Source: Escherichia phage JY01. Taken from it: 64,000 nucleotides of DNA. The notes below the pieces were generated by a model that was given only the letters and a program-made list of their open reading frames with translations, had not been told where the DNA came from and searched no databases. The stretch is from sequence record OR995200.1, one strand, 5' to 3'. The translations under genes and the position numbers were made by a program. Positions 1 to 10,812 of the stretch are shown here, in pieces; position 1 is the first letter of the stretch, and the number at the start of each line of letters is the position of its first letter.

Positions 1-2
1 CC

Positions 3-113
3 GCAATCCATGGCATCCTCAACATATTGAATCAATTCATAGAACTGTTCACGAGTCAATTGATTGACTTTATCTACGCAACGACGATCATCTCTTTTTC
101 GCATTGAACTCAT
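3..113 (-). CDS. Partial ORF (N-terminal 37 codons), continues past window start; product unknown
   Basis: ATG at 111-113 on minus strand, frame open to window edge; directly downstream of gene 42. Confidence 0.3.
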   Translation of the reverse strand, partial: MSSMRKRDDRRCVDKVNQLTREQFYELIQYVEDAMDC

Positions 114-364
114 ACGAATAGTAGTATCATCGTCAATCATCCAGATTCGTTGACCTGCATATATATCGGTAATTGCTTTACGAGTACCGGCAATTCCGTT
201 TACATCATCAGGAATAGTTATAATTTTAGCTCTAGACCCATAAGCGTCATGATAAGCTTTTTCTTCATGTTCACGCACTACAATATGGGGTTCATAATCA
301 GTCGGAAACATATCAAGGGCAGAAACTGCCCCGACACGCTGATAACTTGGAATTACGAATTGAA

Positions 365-1105
365 TCATTTCCACTCACCGTTATAATCTTTTTTCACAAT
401 ATGAGTTTCGCCAGTATTCCACCAATGATCAACCAAGTAAAAATGACGAGAATATACATGAAGACTTCCAACATTCCATATAATAGAACCTGCTTTATAC
501 TGACGAGTTGAATCGCCGGCATTCAAATCAGATACTAATTTATCTAATACGTATTTTTGCCATGCATAATCATTACGGAATCCGAAGACCACGTCATTTG
601 AGCGCATGCTTACTACTGCATTGACTTTCTTATCACGAATCAGATACTGTACGGTATTCGTACACATGAAATCTGACATACCATCTTTATTGTAGTCAAA
701 TTGCATGGATGGACGAGTATAAATCATGATACCACGTCGAGAATCAGGATTTTGACCAAGTTCAGCTAAACACATATCATACTGGGCATAGTTATCTTCT
801 GACCAGATAGCCCAACCATAATTCGAGTTAATTTCGCCTTTAGAAGATGCTACCTGCTGCCAAATCTTTGGTGTTTCACCTGGAATATCTTTAACAAACA
901 AGCTCTTAGATTTATACCATTCAAGTTCGCGCTGAATGTATTCATCATTAAGAGCGCCAAAAATAAACGGTTCATCTGCTACAAATGATGCGCCAATAAT
1001 TTCAATAGTTTTAACACCAGTTTTATCAACTACGAAATCTTTTTCTTTTAATGCAAGCCCCAAATGAAGACGGATTTCTTCAACTGTCATAGAGTCACTA
1101 ATCAT
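365..1105 (-). CDS. 42: dCMP hydroxymethylase
   Basis: 246 aa ORF; sequence recalled as near-identical to T4 gp42; thymidylate-synthase-like fold family. Confidence 0.85.
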   Translation of the reverse strand: MISDSMTVEEIRLHLGLALKEKDFVVDKTGVKTIEIIGASFVADEPFIFGALNDEYIQRELEWYKSKSLFVKDIPGETPKIWQQVASSKGEINSNYGWAIWSEDNYAQYDMCLAELGQNPDSRRGIMIYTRPSMQFDYNKDGMSDFMCTNTVQYLIRDKKVNAVVSMRSNDVVFGFRNDYAWQKYVLDKLVSDLNAGDSTRQYKAGSIIWNVGSLHVYSRHFYLVDHWWNTGETHIVKKDYNGEWK

Positions 1106-1258
1106 TTAAACCTCAATTGATACATTCATATTTAACTTGTAACAGTAATAAGCTCCAACCTAAAATAATAGTTGGAATCATAAGAGGAACCGTTACACTA
1201 TAGTATATACTTATTATAATCATCAAGATTAAAAGCAACACTGTTATAATTTTGCTTT

Positions 1259-1510
1259 TCATTCCTTCTCTCTGATGATAATTACCTGATTTGGTTGTGC
1301 AGACTTTTTAGTTTCACCCGCAATTGACCAAATAAATGTAATAAACCAACCAATAATTGACCAGTTAAACAGTAAAGATGTGAAAAAGATTCCTACTGTC
1401 GATTTTGACCCACGCATCAAAGCAATAAACCATGGAAGCATGTATATAATAATAGCCAACACACCTGAAACTAAAACCATAAAAATTGAACCTGCTACTA
1501 AAGTTTCCAT
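1259..1510 (-). CDS. imm: Immunity (superinfection exclusion) membrane protein
   Basis: 83 aa, two hydrophobic helices, sits between 42 and 43 as in T4. Confidence 0.6.
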   Translation of the reverse strand: METLVAGSIFMVLVSGVLAIIIYMLPWFIALMRGSKSTVGIFFTSLLFNWSIIGWFITFIWSIAGETKKSAQPNQVIIIREKE

Positions 1511-1516
1511 ATTTCC

Positions 1517-1897
1517 TCACTTAGTCAAATTTTTTACGCATGAATTATAAGAATTCACTACATACTCCATCGGAGCATTTTTACCAGTACGCCATTGGTA
1601 ATTATTAGCCCAATTAGCCCAAATTTCGGCGCAGTAGTTTTCAATTTTTTCTTCGCGTGTAATTACATCAGAATTACGATATGCTTGAGCAGATTCATCT
1701 GGACGAATAGCTTCGTCAAAATTTGCCTGCATTTGTTCTACTGTTTGCTTTGGAGCTTCTTTATAACACTTGACATTAGGATTATAAAACTTGCTTGAAC
1801 AGTTTACAATTTTTCCTACATCAGACTGATTTACTACCGGTCCTTGAGCCACACAACCAGTAAGACCTAATGCAATAACCAAAATAGCGATTTTCAT
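1517..1897 (-). CDS. Predicted lipoprotein
   Basis: N-terminal signal peptide ending in lipobox LTGC. Confidence 0.5.
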   Translation of the reverse strand: MKIAILVIALGLTGCVAQGPVVNQSDVGKIVNCSSKFYNPNVKCYKEAPKQTVEQMQANFDEAIRPDESAQAYRNSDVITREEKIENYCAEIWANWANNYQWRTGKNAPMEYVVNSYNSCVKNLTK

Positions 1898-1907
1898 AAT
1901 AATTTCC

Positions 1908-2144
1908 TCAAATGCAAGTAGTAATTACTCCAGTAGTGCTTATACAGGTATTACCCATTTGCACACCTAAAGATCCATTTGTATTCACATGAAGATTATC
2001 ATCAATTTTAACTGATATTTTACCATTAGTGTGAATAACGGTGCTAGATTTAATCACAGGTTGAGTATCATTTTCAACACTAACAAATGGAACTGCTACT
2101 AATGCAACTAAACAAACTGCTAAACATCCCATAACAATTTTCAT
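1908..2144 (-). CDS. Small secreted/membrane protein
   Basis: Start set at ATG 2142-2144 preceded by GGAG; hydrophobic N-terminus; directly downstream of early-promoter cassette. Confidence 0.5.
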   Translation of the reverse strand: MKIVMGCLAVCLVALVAVPFVSVENDTQPVIKSSTVIHTNGKISVKIDDNLHVNTNGSLGVQMGNTCISTTGVITTCI

Positions 2145-2232
2145 TTTATTCTCCAAATCTGTATCAGTAGTTGATAGTTGTATAGTACCACAGAAGAACA
2201 GTCTTGTAAACAGTTTTGTGAAAATTTTTTAG
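2145..2232 (-). promoter_or_regulatory. Early sigma70-type promoter/leader cassette copy 1
   Basis: -35 TTTACA (2205-2210), 17 nt spacer, -10 TACTAT (2182-2187), A/T-rich upstream, conserved leader with GGAG. Confidence 0.6.
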
Positions 2233-2298
2233 GGAATTCTAAAGGTCCAGAATCATCTGTTTTTCATAAGTATAGATTTATATTACTTGTATGAAAAA

Positions 2299-2316
2299 GG
2301 GACCCGGAGGTCCCTA
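2299..2316 (-). terminator. UNCG-tetraloop RNA hairpin after gene 43
   Basis: RNA-sense GGGACC-UCCG-GGUCCC. Confidence 0.45.
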
Positions 2317-2327
2317 GATTTATTCTA

Positions 2328-5024
2328 TCAGCCAAACAGGAAGTCTAACGAAGCTTTTTCTTCATAGTCCATACCAGCCGATTCACACATGCCTGCAAGC
2401 GGTTTAACAAACGATTTTTGGAACAAAGTTGAGTAGTCAATCCAAGACAGTACGTCAGAACGAATTTCTTTTGGAAGTTCTGTACCCGACGGCCAAGCAA
2501 TGCATTTGTCACCAAATGGATTTCCTTCACGCAATGGAAGAACCATTACTTTATTTCCATCCAAAATTGGAGCTACACCTAAACCGCTAACAGCTCGACG
2601 ATAAGTTAGCACACCACGAATATGGAACGGACATTTAAATCCTGGCCAACCTTTATCATCATATTTCGCTATATCGTTCGCAGTTTTTACTTCAGCAATA
2701 ACTTTATAGTCAAGTTGACGATATTCTTTCTCGAAGTTCTTGTAATATTCTTGGACAGACTCTTCACCTTCCTGAAGAATACGACGGATACTTTCTTCAA
2801 GAGCTTCTTGGACCGCTTTAGGCGTTGAACTTTGCTGAGTTTCCATACCCATGATTTTTAGATGCGGTTCAGCAAATCGCTTATCTTCCATATCATAAAC
2901 GTTCAGAGCATAACGTTTTTTCGCTTTCCAAAATCCACCAACACCCTTTGAACCAAGTGGAGGGCAAGAAATAGCTTCACGGTCCATATGCATCAGATGC
3001 TCGCGGTTATTCATATAATCACATAACTCACGATATGCAACATCAATCATAGGTTCCATCTTTTTCTTACCGAACTGATTCATGAATTCAACTAAATCGT
3101 TCTGCTCTTTGAATCGGTCAAGACCAACTTTTTCAATAACTTTATCTACACAAACATATACCGAATCAGTATCACCTGCTGCGATGAAATCTTCGCCATT
3201 AGTTCCACATACTTTATTCAGATACTCATTAATTTTACGAGCAATCCACTGAATACCGACTTGACCAAAAATTGTAATAGCAGTAGCATTTCGCAAATCA
3301 TAGTAGCGGAAATGAATATTACCAAGAGCACCGTAAAGGCTGTTAATAAGAATTTTACGGTTCAGCTGATTTGTATTAGCAAGTGTAGCCGCTTTTTCAC
3401 ATTCTTCAATCAAACTATTGAGAACAGATTCAGTATAATTCGATAGTTCATTTAAGAAATCATCACTGAACTTAACATATCGTTTAACTTCAGGTTTAGT
3501 TGAACAAGACCCTGCGCCTTTCATAATAATCTTTTTAATAGCTTCGGCATTCATTTCTTCAGCGAACATTTTCTTTTTCCAATCTTTACGCTGGAAAAAT
3601 ACTTTAGCGATTTCCTTTGGAATGATACCTTCTTGATGCTTATCATACATCCATCCATTCGGAGAACAAGAATATTCATCACTCGGTTTAGGAGCTGTTC
3701 CTGCGATATATTCATGAATTGGATGAACTTTAAACTGACCACGAATAGTCTCAGGACTAATGTTAACCTGACGAATAATGCTCGGATACAGAGACGTCAA
3801 GTCAAAACTCATAATATATCGACGAGCAATTGGTTTAGGTTCAAATACAAATGCACCCGGAAAACTTTGTTTAACGTGCGAACCTTGTTGAGGAATAACC
3901 TTATGTTCACCTTTCAATGAGTTAAAAATAATAGCATCCCAAGTTTTAATAGGACTCATTACACCAGAAAAAGGCATTTTAGCATAATAAGACATACTTA
4001 AAACTAGATCGATAAACCCGCGAATTTTATCAATTGCTTGAACTGATTCTACGTCAATGATGTTATAACTAATGTATCGTTGATGATTAGTCTCACGAAG
4101 TTTATTAATAGGACCGTCGTATGGTAATTTACCTTTTTTGGTTTCATGCTGAGCAACTGATTCCAAAGAGAATGACGGCAAATTAGTAAATGCGAATTTC
4201 TTATACAAATCTAAATAATCAAGAATAGATACGCCATCAATAGAATAAATTTCTTTGCTACCGTACATATTTTGGATAAGTTTAGATTTTACTCGACCGA
4301 TTGGAGAGAAGCGTTTCATACTGCGTTCACCAAGAACCATTTTAACACGATTCATGATATACGGAACGTCAAATCCCTCAATATTCCAACCAGTAAAAAT
4401 AGCAGGTCGTTTCTGTTCCCAAAGATTAATATATTCCATGAGCATATCACGCTCATTATCGAATGGCATATAAATTACTCGGTCAAGAATTTCTTGAGGA
4501 ACTTCATCACCACCTTCACAGTCAAGCTTAGCAGCTAACTTTGCATCCCATTTTGATACTGAACCGTACATTGAATTCAAAAGGTCGAAAACATAAAAAC
4601 GATCATCAATTGAATCGTAATGAGTGATAGCATCAATTTCATATTCAGCTTTCATTGGGTCAGGAAATTTATCACCAGTAACCTCAATGTCACAGTTAGC
4701 TACACGAACAAATTTTCGGTCATAAACAATTTCTGAACCATATGTATCACTGATATAAGCGAGTTTAAAATCGTTCATACCGAGAGCTTCGAGACCGATG
4801 TCTTCCATTCGTTTCATCCAATCTCGAGCATCTTTCATTGATGGAAATTTTTGAGGAGCACAGTTTTTACCATAGATGTCTTTGTACTTTGACTCTTCCT
4901 TACAATGTCTAAACATAGTTGGAAGATATTCTACTTCACGAGTACGTTCCTTTCCGTTTTCATCAATATAACGTTCAACAATGTTATTTCCGACTGTTTC
5001 AATAGAGATATAAAATTCTTTCAT
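2328..5024 (-). CDS. 43: DNA polymerase (family B, with 3-5 exonuclease)
   Basis: 898 aa ORF; sequence matches T4 gp43 as recalled, including the DTDS polymerase motif. Confidence 0.95.
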   Translation of the reverse strand: MKEFYISIETVGNNIVERYIDENGKERTREVEYLPTMFRHCKEESKYKDIYGKNCAPQKFPSMKDARDWMKRMEDIGLEALGMNDFKLAYISDTYGSEIVYDRKFVRVANCDIEVTGDKFPDPMKAEYEIDAITHYDSIDDRFYVFDLLNSMYGSVSKWDAKLAAKLDCEGGDEVPQEILDRVIYMPFDNERDMLMEYINLWEQKRPAIFTGWNIEGFDVPYIMNRVKMVLGERSMKRFSPIGRVKSKLIQNMYGSKEIYSIDGVSILDYLDLYKKFAFTNLPSFSLESVAQHETKKGKLPYDGPINKLRETNHQRYISYNIIDVESVQAIDKIRGFIDLVLSMSYYAKMPFSGVMSPIKTWDAIIFNSLKGEHKVIPQQGSHVKQSFPGAFVFEPKPIARRYIMSFDLTSLYPSIIRQVNISPETIRGQFKVHPIHEYIAGTAPKPSDEYSCSPNGWMYDKHQEGIIPKEIAKVFFQRKDWKKKMFAEEMNAEAIKKIIMKGAGSCSTKPEVKRYVKFSDDFLNELSNYTESVLNSLIEECEKAATLANTNQLNRKILINSLYGALGNIHFRYYDLRNATAITIFGQVGIQWIARKINEYLNKVCGTNGEDFIAAGDTDSVYVCVDKVIEKVGLDRFKEQNDLVEFMNQFGKKKMEPMIDVAYRELCDYMNNREHLMHMDREAISCPPLGSKGVGGFWKAKKRYALNVYDMEDKRFAEPHLKIMGMETQQSSTPKAVQEALEESIRRILQEGEESVQEYYKNFEKEYRQLDYKVIAEVKTANDIAKYDDKGWPGFKCPFHIRGVLTYRRAVSGLGVAPILDGNKVMVLPLREGNPFGDKCIAWPSGTELPKEIRSDVLSWIDYSTLFQKSFVKPLAGMCESAGMDYEEKASLDFLFG

Positions 5025-5062
5025 AGATATTCCTTAGTTTATAGCCCGAGTTATTAGGCTCT
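5025..5062 (-). promoter_or_regulatory. Gene 43 translational operator region (hairpin plus Shine-Dalgarno)
   Basis: RNA-sense AGCC-UAAUAACUC-GGGCU hairpin followed by AAGGA and AUG. Confidence 0.45.
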
Positions 5063-5082
5063 TGATATATTATACTCCAAAT

Positions 5083-5098
5083 AAGGGGCCGAAGCCCC
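5083..5098 (-). terminator. UUCG-tetraloop RNA hairpin
   Basis: RNA-sense AGGGGC-UUCG-GCCCCU. Confidence 0.45.
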
Positions 5099-5104
5099 TT
5101 TGCT

Positions 5105-5341
5105 TTAAATTTCTATTGTACGACGCGATATAACGGACTTGCCATCTTTATTTGTGGTTTTGATAATCGCATGAAATACGCGTTGGCGTGGGTAAACTAA
5201 TCGTTGGAATTCTTTTTGGAATTCTATTTGTTTATCTTCCGGGAGGTCAAAAACTAGTTGGGTAGAAGACAGACCATATGTTTGTTTTAGATTTTCGAAT
5301 ATTAGAAAAGCTTCGGTAAACTGAATCTCTGATTGTGTCAT
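5105..5341 (-). CDS. Hypothetical protein
   Basis: ORF between regA and 43; start set at internal ATG with AAGG upstream. Confidence 0.4.
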   Translation of the reverse strand: MTQSEIQFTEAFLIFENLKQTYGLSSTQLVFDLPEDKQIEFQKEFQRLVYPRQRVFHAIIKTTNKDGKSVISRRTIEI

Positions 5342-5351
5342 ATAATTTACC

Positions 5352-5720
5352 TTAATTACCAATCGTATATTTAGGAACGAGTTTCCATTCGTGCTTTTGT
5401 TTAAAAGAAATAACTCGGAAGTTATTAGTTAAATCTTTCATAAAAGTTCTTTGTCCAGGAACGATTTCAATTAGTCCCCAATCTTCTAACAGCCATGCAA
5501 TCGAATCACGACGAACTTCATCTTCTTCTGTCATTTCAACTTGGCGACCATCCATACGAAGCATTTCTTTAAAATGAACGATATAGTATAGTCCTTTTTT
5601 CTGAAGAATATGACAGGACTGATACAGAACTTTATCTTTATTATTAGCAATTCCCATACGAGTCAAAGTTTCTTTTACTTTCAGAAAATCTTCAGGTTTT
5701 TTAAGAGTAATTTCAATCAT
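5352..5720 (-). CDS. regA: Translational repressor RegA
   Basis: 122 aa, position and sequence consistent with T4 RegA. Confidence 0.8.
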   Translation of the reverse strand: MIEITLKKPEDFLKVKETLTRMGIANNKDKVLYQSCHILQKKGLYYIVHFKEMLRMDGRQVEMTEEDEVRRDSIAWLLEDWGLIEIVPGQRTFMKDLTNNFRVISFKQKHEWKLVPKYTIGN

Positions 5721-5721
5721 T

Positions 5722-6285
5722 TTACCATTCCAATGCTAGTTTTTTGAGTTGTTTCTGTTCTTTTACGTTCTTAGTCACTTCTTTCAAAAAATCATCCGTG
5801 ACTAAACCTTTTAGTTCTTTTAATACTAAAGGAAGTTTTCCATTTTTAGTAAGAATTGATTTATAGTTAATTGCATCATTTGTGTTAACTTGATACCGCT
5901 TAGCAAGTAACTTAATAATCAATACTTCGGTGGAATCTTCAACTAGTTTTGCCCATTTACCATATCTTTTACCACGAGGAACTGCAGCCATTAGATAATT
6001 AAAATGAGCTTCATCGCTTAAGCCTGATCCAATTAAATTCATAGCATATACAGCTGGCATGCACTCTGGAAATTGTGATAATGCATTTTCAACCATGAAT
6101 TTTGAATAATCTTTTTGAGCAATAGAGCATTTAGTTTTATTATTAATAGCTCCAATTATTTCAAAAAATTCATTTTCAGCTTTTTCTTTAAAAGAATCAG
6201 CAGCGGATTGGACAGCTGTCCAATCTTTTGAATACCAAGCAACTTGATGCTCGTTTAATTGAATATCATCTTCAAATAAGCTCAT
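5722..6285 (-). CDS. 62: Clamp loader small subunit
   Basis: 187 aa from internal ATG; position between regA and 44. Confidence 0.8.
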   Translation of the reverse strand: MSLFEDDIQLNEHQVAWYSKDWTAVQSAADSFKEKAENEFFEIIGAINNKTKCSIAQKDYSKFMVENALSQFPECMPAVYAMNLIGSGLSDEAHFNYLMAAVPRGKRYGKWAKLVEDSTEVLIIKLLAKRYQVNTNDAINYKSILTKNGKLPLVLKELKGLVTDDFLKEVTKNVKEQKQLKKLALEW

Positions 6286-6286
6286 A

Positions 6287-7246
6287 TCACTTCCACTGCA
6301 TTTCACATGCTAACTGAATGAAAAGATAAACTAGATGCAATTCAGTATTAGCTGCAATACCATGATACTGATTATTTTCGCCGACAATTTCGTACATACG
6401 AATAATACTCTGTGGAGTTACACGTGAATAGATTTCTTCGGCAAGTTTACCCACGAACCACGAATAATCGGCTGCATATTTTGGTGCTAAAGCTCTGAGT
6501 TGTTTAACATCTTTATTTTTGAGAGACTCAAGAACATCATCAATAGCACCACGATCGTTAGTAACCAGTGATAAAATACCAGCATCCAAAACACCTTTAG
6601 ATGAATAACTATCGAGCTCGCCAATAGTTTTACGAAAATCAGGAAAATTCTTTTTAACCAAAGCTGCTACAACTTTCATATCAGCTATAGCAATTCCTTC
6701 ATGCTTACAGATTTCAGTCAATCGACGAATCATCTGCTTCATCATTTCAATTTTATCTTCATCGGTCGGTTGACCGAATGTGATAACTCGGCAGCGTGAC
6801 TGAAGCGGTTTAATAATACCATCAATATTGTTAGCAGTAATAATAATACTACAGTTCGAACTATAAGCTTCCATAAAGGAACGAAGATGTCGCTGAGACT
6901 CTGCTAATCCTGAACGGTCAAATTCATCAATAACGATTACTTTTTGACGACCGTCAAATGAAGCGGCGCTGGCAAAATTAGTCAAAGGACCGCGAACGAA
7001 ATCAATTTTACAATCTGATCCATTCACAAACATCATATCAGCATTTACATCATGACACAATGCTTTTGCTACAGTTGTTTTACCTGTTCCTGGAGAAGGA
7101 GAATGAAGAATAATATGTGGAATCTTACCTTTACTTGTAATAGATTTAAAGGTTTCTTTATCAAAGGCGGGAAGAATACATTCATCGATAGTAGATGGAC
7201 GATATTTCTGTTCAAGAATGTGTTCTTTTTCATTTACGGTAATCAT
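6287..7246 (-). CDS. 44: Clamp loader ATPase subunit
   Basis: Walker [11 protein letters not shown], Walker [12 protein letters not shown] motif; 319 aa from MITVNEK. Confidence 0.9.
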   Translation of the reverse strand: MITVNEKEHILEQKYRPSTIDECILPAFDKETFKSITSKGKIPHIILHSPSPGTGKTTVAKALCHDVNADMMFVNGSDCKIDFVRGPLTNFASAASFDGRQKVIVIDEFDRSGLAESQRHLRSFMEAYSSNCSIIITANNIDGIIKPLQSRCRVITFGQPTDEDKIEMMKQMIRRLTEICKHEGIAIADMKVVAALVKKNFPDFRKTIGELDSYSSKGVLDAGILSLVTNDRGAIDDVLESLKNKDVKQLRALAPKYAADYSWFVGKLAEEIYSRVTPQSIIRMYEIVGENNQYHGIAANTELHLVYLFIQLACEMQWK

Positions 7247-7280
7247 AATTTCCTCATTCAAGTTTTAGTGTAAATTATAA

Positions 7281-7294
7281 AGGGCCGAAGCCCT
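7281..7294 (-). terminator. UUCG-tetraloop RNA hairpin between genes 45 and 44
   Basis: RNA-sense AGGGC-UUCG-GCCCU immediately after gene 45 stop. Confidence 0.45.
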
Positions 7295-7297
7295 CTA

Positions 7298-7984
7298 TTA
7301 AAAATCGTGGGTAGAATCAGCTTCAAGAGCTACTACATAATTCGCGTGTTCACCTTCAAATTTAGCAGCACCTTGTTTACCTTTTGCCCAGAGCAGAAGT
7401 TTATAATTTCCTGGTTGCATTTTCATATTTGCCATATTGATAATGAAATTAAATGTATTTTCACCATCATAATCACCAAGAGTCAAAGAATATTTAACAC
7501 GGGTCAGAGCAGAATCTTCTACTTTATTAAAACCGTTAATTACGATTTTACCTTCTTTTACCGTGATAGCAATTGTATCAATCTGCAGACCACGAGATAC
7601 ACGCAACAGCTGTTGAAGGTCTTCAGCTTTAATTTCAGTAACAACAGATGCTACTGGGAATGGAATTGGTTTATTAGGAGCAACTACTGTACTCGGATCG
7701 GCTGCTGGCCAAAAAATTGTTGAACGGGCATCAGCAATTTTAATATTTCCATCTTCTGACTGGGAAATTTCTGCATCATCATTAACTAAAGACAGAATAC
7801 CGAGAAAACCATTCAAATCGTAAATTGCTACATCAAAATCAATAGTGTCAGAAATATTTGCTTCCGCATAAGTTGTACCATTAACTGCACGAGTCATAAT
7901 AAATTGACCGGATTTAAGCATAATACCAGAGTTAATAGTAGCGAAATTTTTAAGCAGAGCAGTAGTATCTTTAGACAGTTTCAT
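7298..7984 (-). CDS. 45: Sliding clamp
   Basis: 228 aa, matches T4 gp45 length and sequence as recalled. Confidence 0.9.
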   Translation of the reverse strand: MKLSKDTTALLKNFATINSGIMLKSGQFIMTRAVNGTTYAEANISDTIDFDVAIYDLNGFLGILSLVNDDAEISQSEDGNIKIADARSTIFWPAADPSTVVAPNKPIPFPVASVVTEIKAEDLQQLLRVSRGLQIDTIAITVKEGKIVINGFNKVEDSALTRVKYSLTLGDYDGENTFNFIINMANMKMQPGNYKLLLWAKGKQGAAKFEGEHANYVVALEADSTHDF

Positions 7985-8012
7985 GTAATTTCCTTCAATT
8001 CAAATGAGATTT

Positions 8013-8039
8013 AATTTTATAACTAATTTAATAAAGCAA
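8013..8039 (-). promoter_or_regulatory. Candidate MotA-dependent middle promoter for gene 45
   Basis: MotA-box-like ATTGCTTTA (RC of 8031-8039), 12 nt spacer, -10 TAAAAT (RC of 8013-8018). Confidence 0.45.
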
Positions 8040-8429
8040 TTAACGATTAAAATCAGCAGCAATTGTTTCCGCAACAATTTGAGCAGCAACAATTAGACGT
8101 TCATCTGCATTACCGCAATAATCATCTTCAAGGCGTTCACCGCATGAAGTCATAATAAATTTAGCACCAGCATTTAGAGATTCTGTCGTATGTTTGCGCA
8201 TTAGTTCAATCCATTTATTACTTACTTCACGATCGATAGCTTCATAATATGCATGACGAGCAGGTGCAGATTTAATTTTGTTCTGAATAACTTCCATTGC
8301 GTTATCAGAAAGAGACAAAACCCATGCGCGACGAATTTTATTTTGGTTTTGCGGATTTGAGTCAGAACGCACGTGTTTTGGCTGAATATCTTTTACATCA
8401 ACAGTATAATTCACAGTAATTTTAGTCAT
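8040..8429 (-). CDS. rpbA: RNA polymerase binding protein A
   Basis: 129 aa ORF immediately downstream of gene 45 as in T4. Confidence 0.6.
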   Translation of the reverse strand: MTKITVNYTVDVKDIQPKHVRSDSNPQNQNKIRRAWVLSLSDNAMEVIQNKIKSAPARHAYYEAIDREVSNKWIELMRKHTTESLNAGAKFIMTSCGERLEDDYCGNADERLIVAAQIVAETIAADFNR

Positions 8430-8438
8430 AATACACCT

Positions 8439-8627
8439 TTAGTCATAATAATCAGTAACAGTCCAAGCTTCATTTCTATTGGACATTATTTTTGTATATT
8501 CTGCTTTAAATGCATTCCTAAGCATAGATTCAGTAACTATATGCTCTTCATTAGAAAAATTATTTCTCAGAATATATCGTTTTATTTCAGGAATAGTTAA
8601 TAGATGCTGTCCAGTTGAATATTCCAT
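8439..8627 (-). CDS. Hypothetical small protein
   Basis: 62 aa ORF between rpbA and 46. Confidence 0.4.
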   Translation of the reverse strand: MEYSTGQHLLTIPEIKRYILRNNFSNEEHIVTESMLRNAFKAEYTKIMSNRNEAWTVTDYYD

Positions 8628-8642
8628 GTTTTTCCTCCATAG

Positions 8643-8678
8643 AGATTATACTCTAATAAATTAAAGCATAATCTCTTA
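8643..8678 (-). other. 9 bp inverted repeat with 18 nt loop between 46 and upstream gene
   Basis: AGAGATTAT ... ATAATCTCT. Confidence 0.35.
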
Positions 8679-8682
8679 TAAA

Positions 8683-10365
8683 TTAAACCATTACAGTAAA
8701 TCGACCAACTTTCTTCATTTGAAGATGCTGACCGTATGCTTGCGGGTCATGGTCTCTATGCGAAATAACAAAAACATTAGTATTTTTTAAACTATCTAAA
8801 ATAGTTGAAATAGCTTTTACACCTTCAACGTCGGTCGCTGAATCAAAAACTTCATCAAGAATTAGTGTGTTTATTTTAACGCCTGAAACTTTTTCAGCAA
8901 TATCACGCCAAGTAAATAAAAGAGCAATATCAATTCGCGCTTTTTCACCTTGACTGAATGAAGCATAACTAAAATCTTCACGACCACGTGATTTAATTGT
9001 CTCATTAAATTCTTCATCTAATGTAAACACATAATCCGCTTCCATTATTTTAAGATAATGGTTAATCTGCTTATTAAATAATGGAATGTACTTTTTAATA
9101 ATAGCACCTTTAATACCAGAATCTTTGAGCATATCAGTCAAAATTCCTCGGTGGTATTTTTCCATTACTAAATTAGTTTTTGTCTTAACAATTTTATCAA
9201 GTTCTTCTTGAAGCAGTGCTATTTCATCAGCATGGTCAATAAACTCAGAAGATGCTTTTTCTATAGCCGCTTTAACCTTTTTAGCTTTATCTACTGCTGC
9301 GATCAGAGATTGCTTTTTATTGCGAATATCATTTGCCAACGACTGCTGGGTTTTAATATTATCTCGGTATTCATCAACAAGAACTTTTAAATTATCACGA
9401 TGTGTTGAAAGCTGTTCAAACGAATGCGTACATTCAGAAACTTTATCTTTAATTTTAGAAACAACTTTATCACCTGAACTTAATTGTGACAAGCAGGTTG
9501 GGCATAATCCACCTTCGTGATACATATTAATGACTTTATTATACGAGTCAATTTTTGATTTAATTAAAACTGCTTCTTGACCGATTTTATTAAATGCATC
9601 AGTCGGGTCTTCATCTAAAACAATATTAACTAATCTTTCATTAGCTTCTTCTATTTCCGATTTTAGCGTTCTAGCTTCTTTTGCCAAATCATCATACATA
9701 TTTTGAAGACGAGTAAGGTTGTCACCCGTTAATTTTTTCTGGCGTTCAACGTTATCATTATATATTTTAATTTGTTGGATAATACTATCTTTTTTAACAT
9801 CAAGCACTTGGTTTTGTGAATTTAATTCACGTATTAGTGCTTTATTAAGCTTATCCATTTCAGCTAATGTTCCTACCTCAAGCAGGTCTTCCACAAGCTT
9901 TCTTCGCGCAGGGGTCGACAAACCCATGAAAGGGGTATACCCTGCTGTACCAAGGACAACAATCTGCTTGAAACTGGCATATGACATTCCGATAAGCTGT
10001 TCAAATTCTGCTTGGAAATCTTTACTGCTGGCAGATTCATTAAGACGTGTACCGTTAACGGTGATTTCGAAAACGTTTGGTTTTTGTCCTCTTTTGATAT
10101 AGTACTTTTTCTCATCATATTCCATCCACAGTTCAACTAAAAGTTCTTTCTTATTTGTGCTGTTTATTAATTGACCTTTCTTTACATCACGAAATGGCTT
10201 GCCAAAAAGCCCAAATGTGATGGCTTCTAACATAGTAGACTTACCACCGCCATTTCGTCCAGTAATAAGAGTTTTTTGAACCTTATCTAATTGAATGCCA
10301 ATAGGATTTCCACCTACTGACATTATATTTTGATACCTAACTCGGTTTAGTTTAAAATTCTTCAC
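8683..10365 (-). CDS. 46: Recombination endonuclease subunit (SbcC/Rad50-like ATPase)
   Basis: 560 aa; N-terminal Walker A GRNGGGKST, coiled-coil with CPTC zinc hook, C-terminal Walker B LILDEVFD. Confidence 0.9.
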   Translation of the reverse strand: MKNFKLNRVRYQNIMSVGGNPIGIQLDKVQKTLITGRNGGGKSTMLEAITFGLFGKPFRDVKKGQLINSTNKKELLVELWMEYDEKKYYIKRGQKPNVFEITVNGTRLNESASSKDFQAEFEQLIGMSYASFKQIVVLGTAGYTPFMGLSTPARRKLVEDLLEVGTLAEMDKLNKALIRELNSQNQVLDVKKDSIIQQIKIYNDNVERQKKLTGDNLTRLQNMYDDLAKEARTLKSEIEEANERLVNIVLDEDPTDAFNKIGQEAVLIKSKIDSYNKVINMYHEGGLCPTCLSQLSSGDKVVSKIKDKVSECTHSFEQLSTHRDNLKVLVDEYRDNIKTQQSLANDIRNKKQSLIAAVDKAKKVKAAIEKASSEFIDHADEIALLQEELDKIVKTKTNLVMEKYHRGILTDMLKDSGIKGAIIKKYIPLFNKQINHYLKIMEADYVFTLDEEFNETIKSRGREDFSYASFSQGEKARIDIALLFTWRDIAEKVSGVKINTLILDEVFDSATDVEGVKAISTILDSLKNTNVFVISHRDHDPQAYGQHLQMKKVGRFTVMV

Positions 10366-10577
10366 AAAAGATTCCTTTTAATGTATCTTTTAGACCATTC
10401 TATCATATCATCATAATCTAAAAAGTATTCATCAAATTCAGCCATGCAAACAACACCTTGTGCTACTTTTGATGTGATATAAATTATTCCAACATATCTA
10501 GAATCTTCTTCGGTATAATCAATATTTGCTATGAATTCATCATTAATGTCAAATGTCGAAAACTTCACAGTATGCAT
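10362..10577 (-). CDS. Hypothetical protein
   Basis: ORF overlapping gene 46 start; start uncertain (internal ATG chosen). Confidence 0.35.
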   Translation of the reverse strand: MHTVKFSTFDINDEFIANIDYTEEDSRYVGIIYITSKVAQGVVCMAEFDEYFLDYDDMIEWSKRYIKRNLL

Positions 10578-10812
10578 CCTTAATACAAGATACAGCCATA
10601 TCTTGTAATGATTTAGGTGTATCATTATCTAAAATGTTGAAGTTAAAAGATACGGCCCAATCAGTGCATACCGTAACCTTTTTAATACAATTATCTTCAA
10701 CCTCTAACGGTTCAAACCAATATTCAATAATTTCTTTATGCCCAATATCATCTTTTACTTCGCATTCAAAATGCTGACTCATCATAACATTTTTAAATTC
10801 ATCAAAAGTCAT
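10549..10812 (-). CDS. Hypothetical protein
   Basis: 87 aa ORF between 46 and 47. Confidence 0.45.
   Translation of the reverse strand: MTFDEFKNVMMSQHFECEVKDDIGHKEIIEYWFEPLEVEDNCIKKVTVCTDWAVSFNFNILDNDTPKSLQDMAVSCIKDAYCEVFDI

Noticed and set aside
150-386. Plus-strand 78 aa ORF
   Set aside because: Antisense to the gene 42 end and the adjacent intergenic region; low-complexity translation, no start context; the minus-strand gene explains the region.
2622-4538. Several plus-strand ORFs (2622-2828, 3261-3446, 3633-3920, 4255-4473, 4272-4538)
   Set aside because: All lie inside the DNA polymerase gene on the opposite strand; typical AT-rich antisense frames.
9208-10136. Plus- and minus-strand ORFs inside gene 46
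   Set aside because: Nested in or antisense to the 560 aa gene 46 ORF; no independent support.
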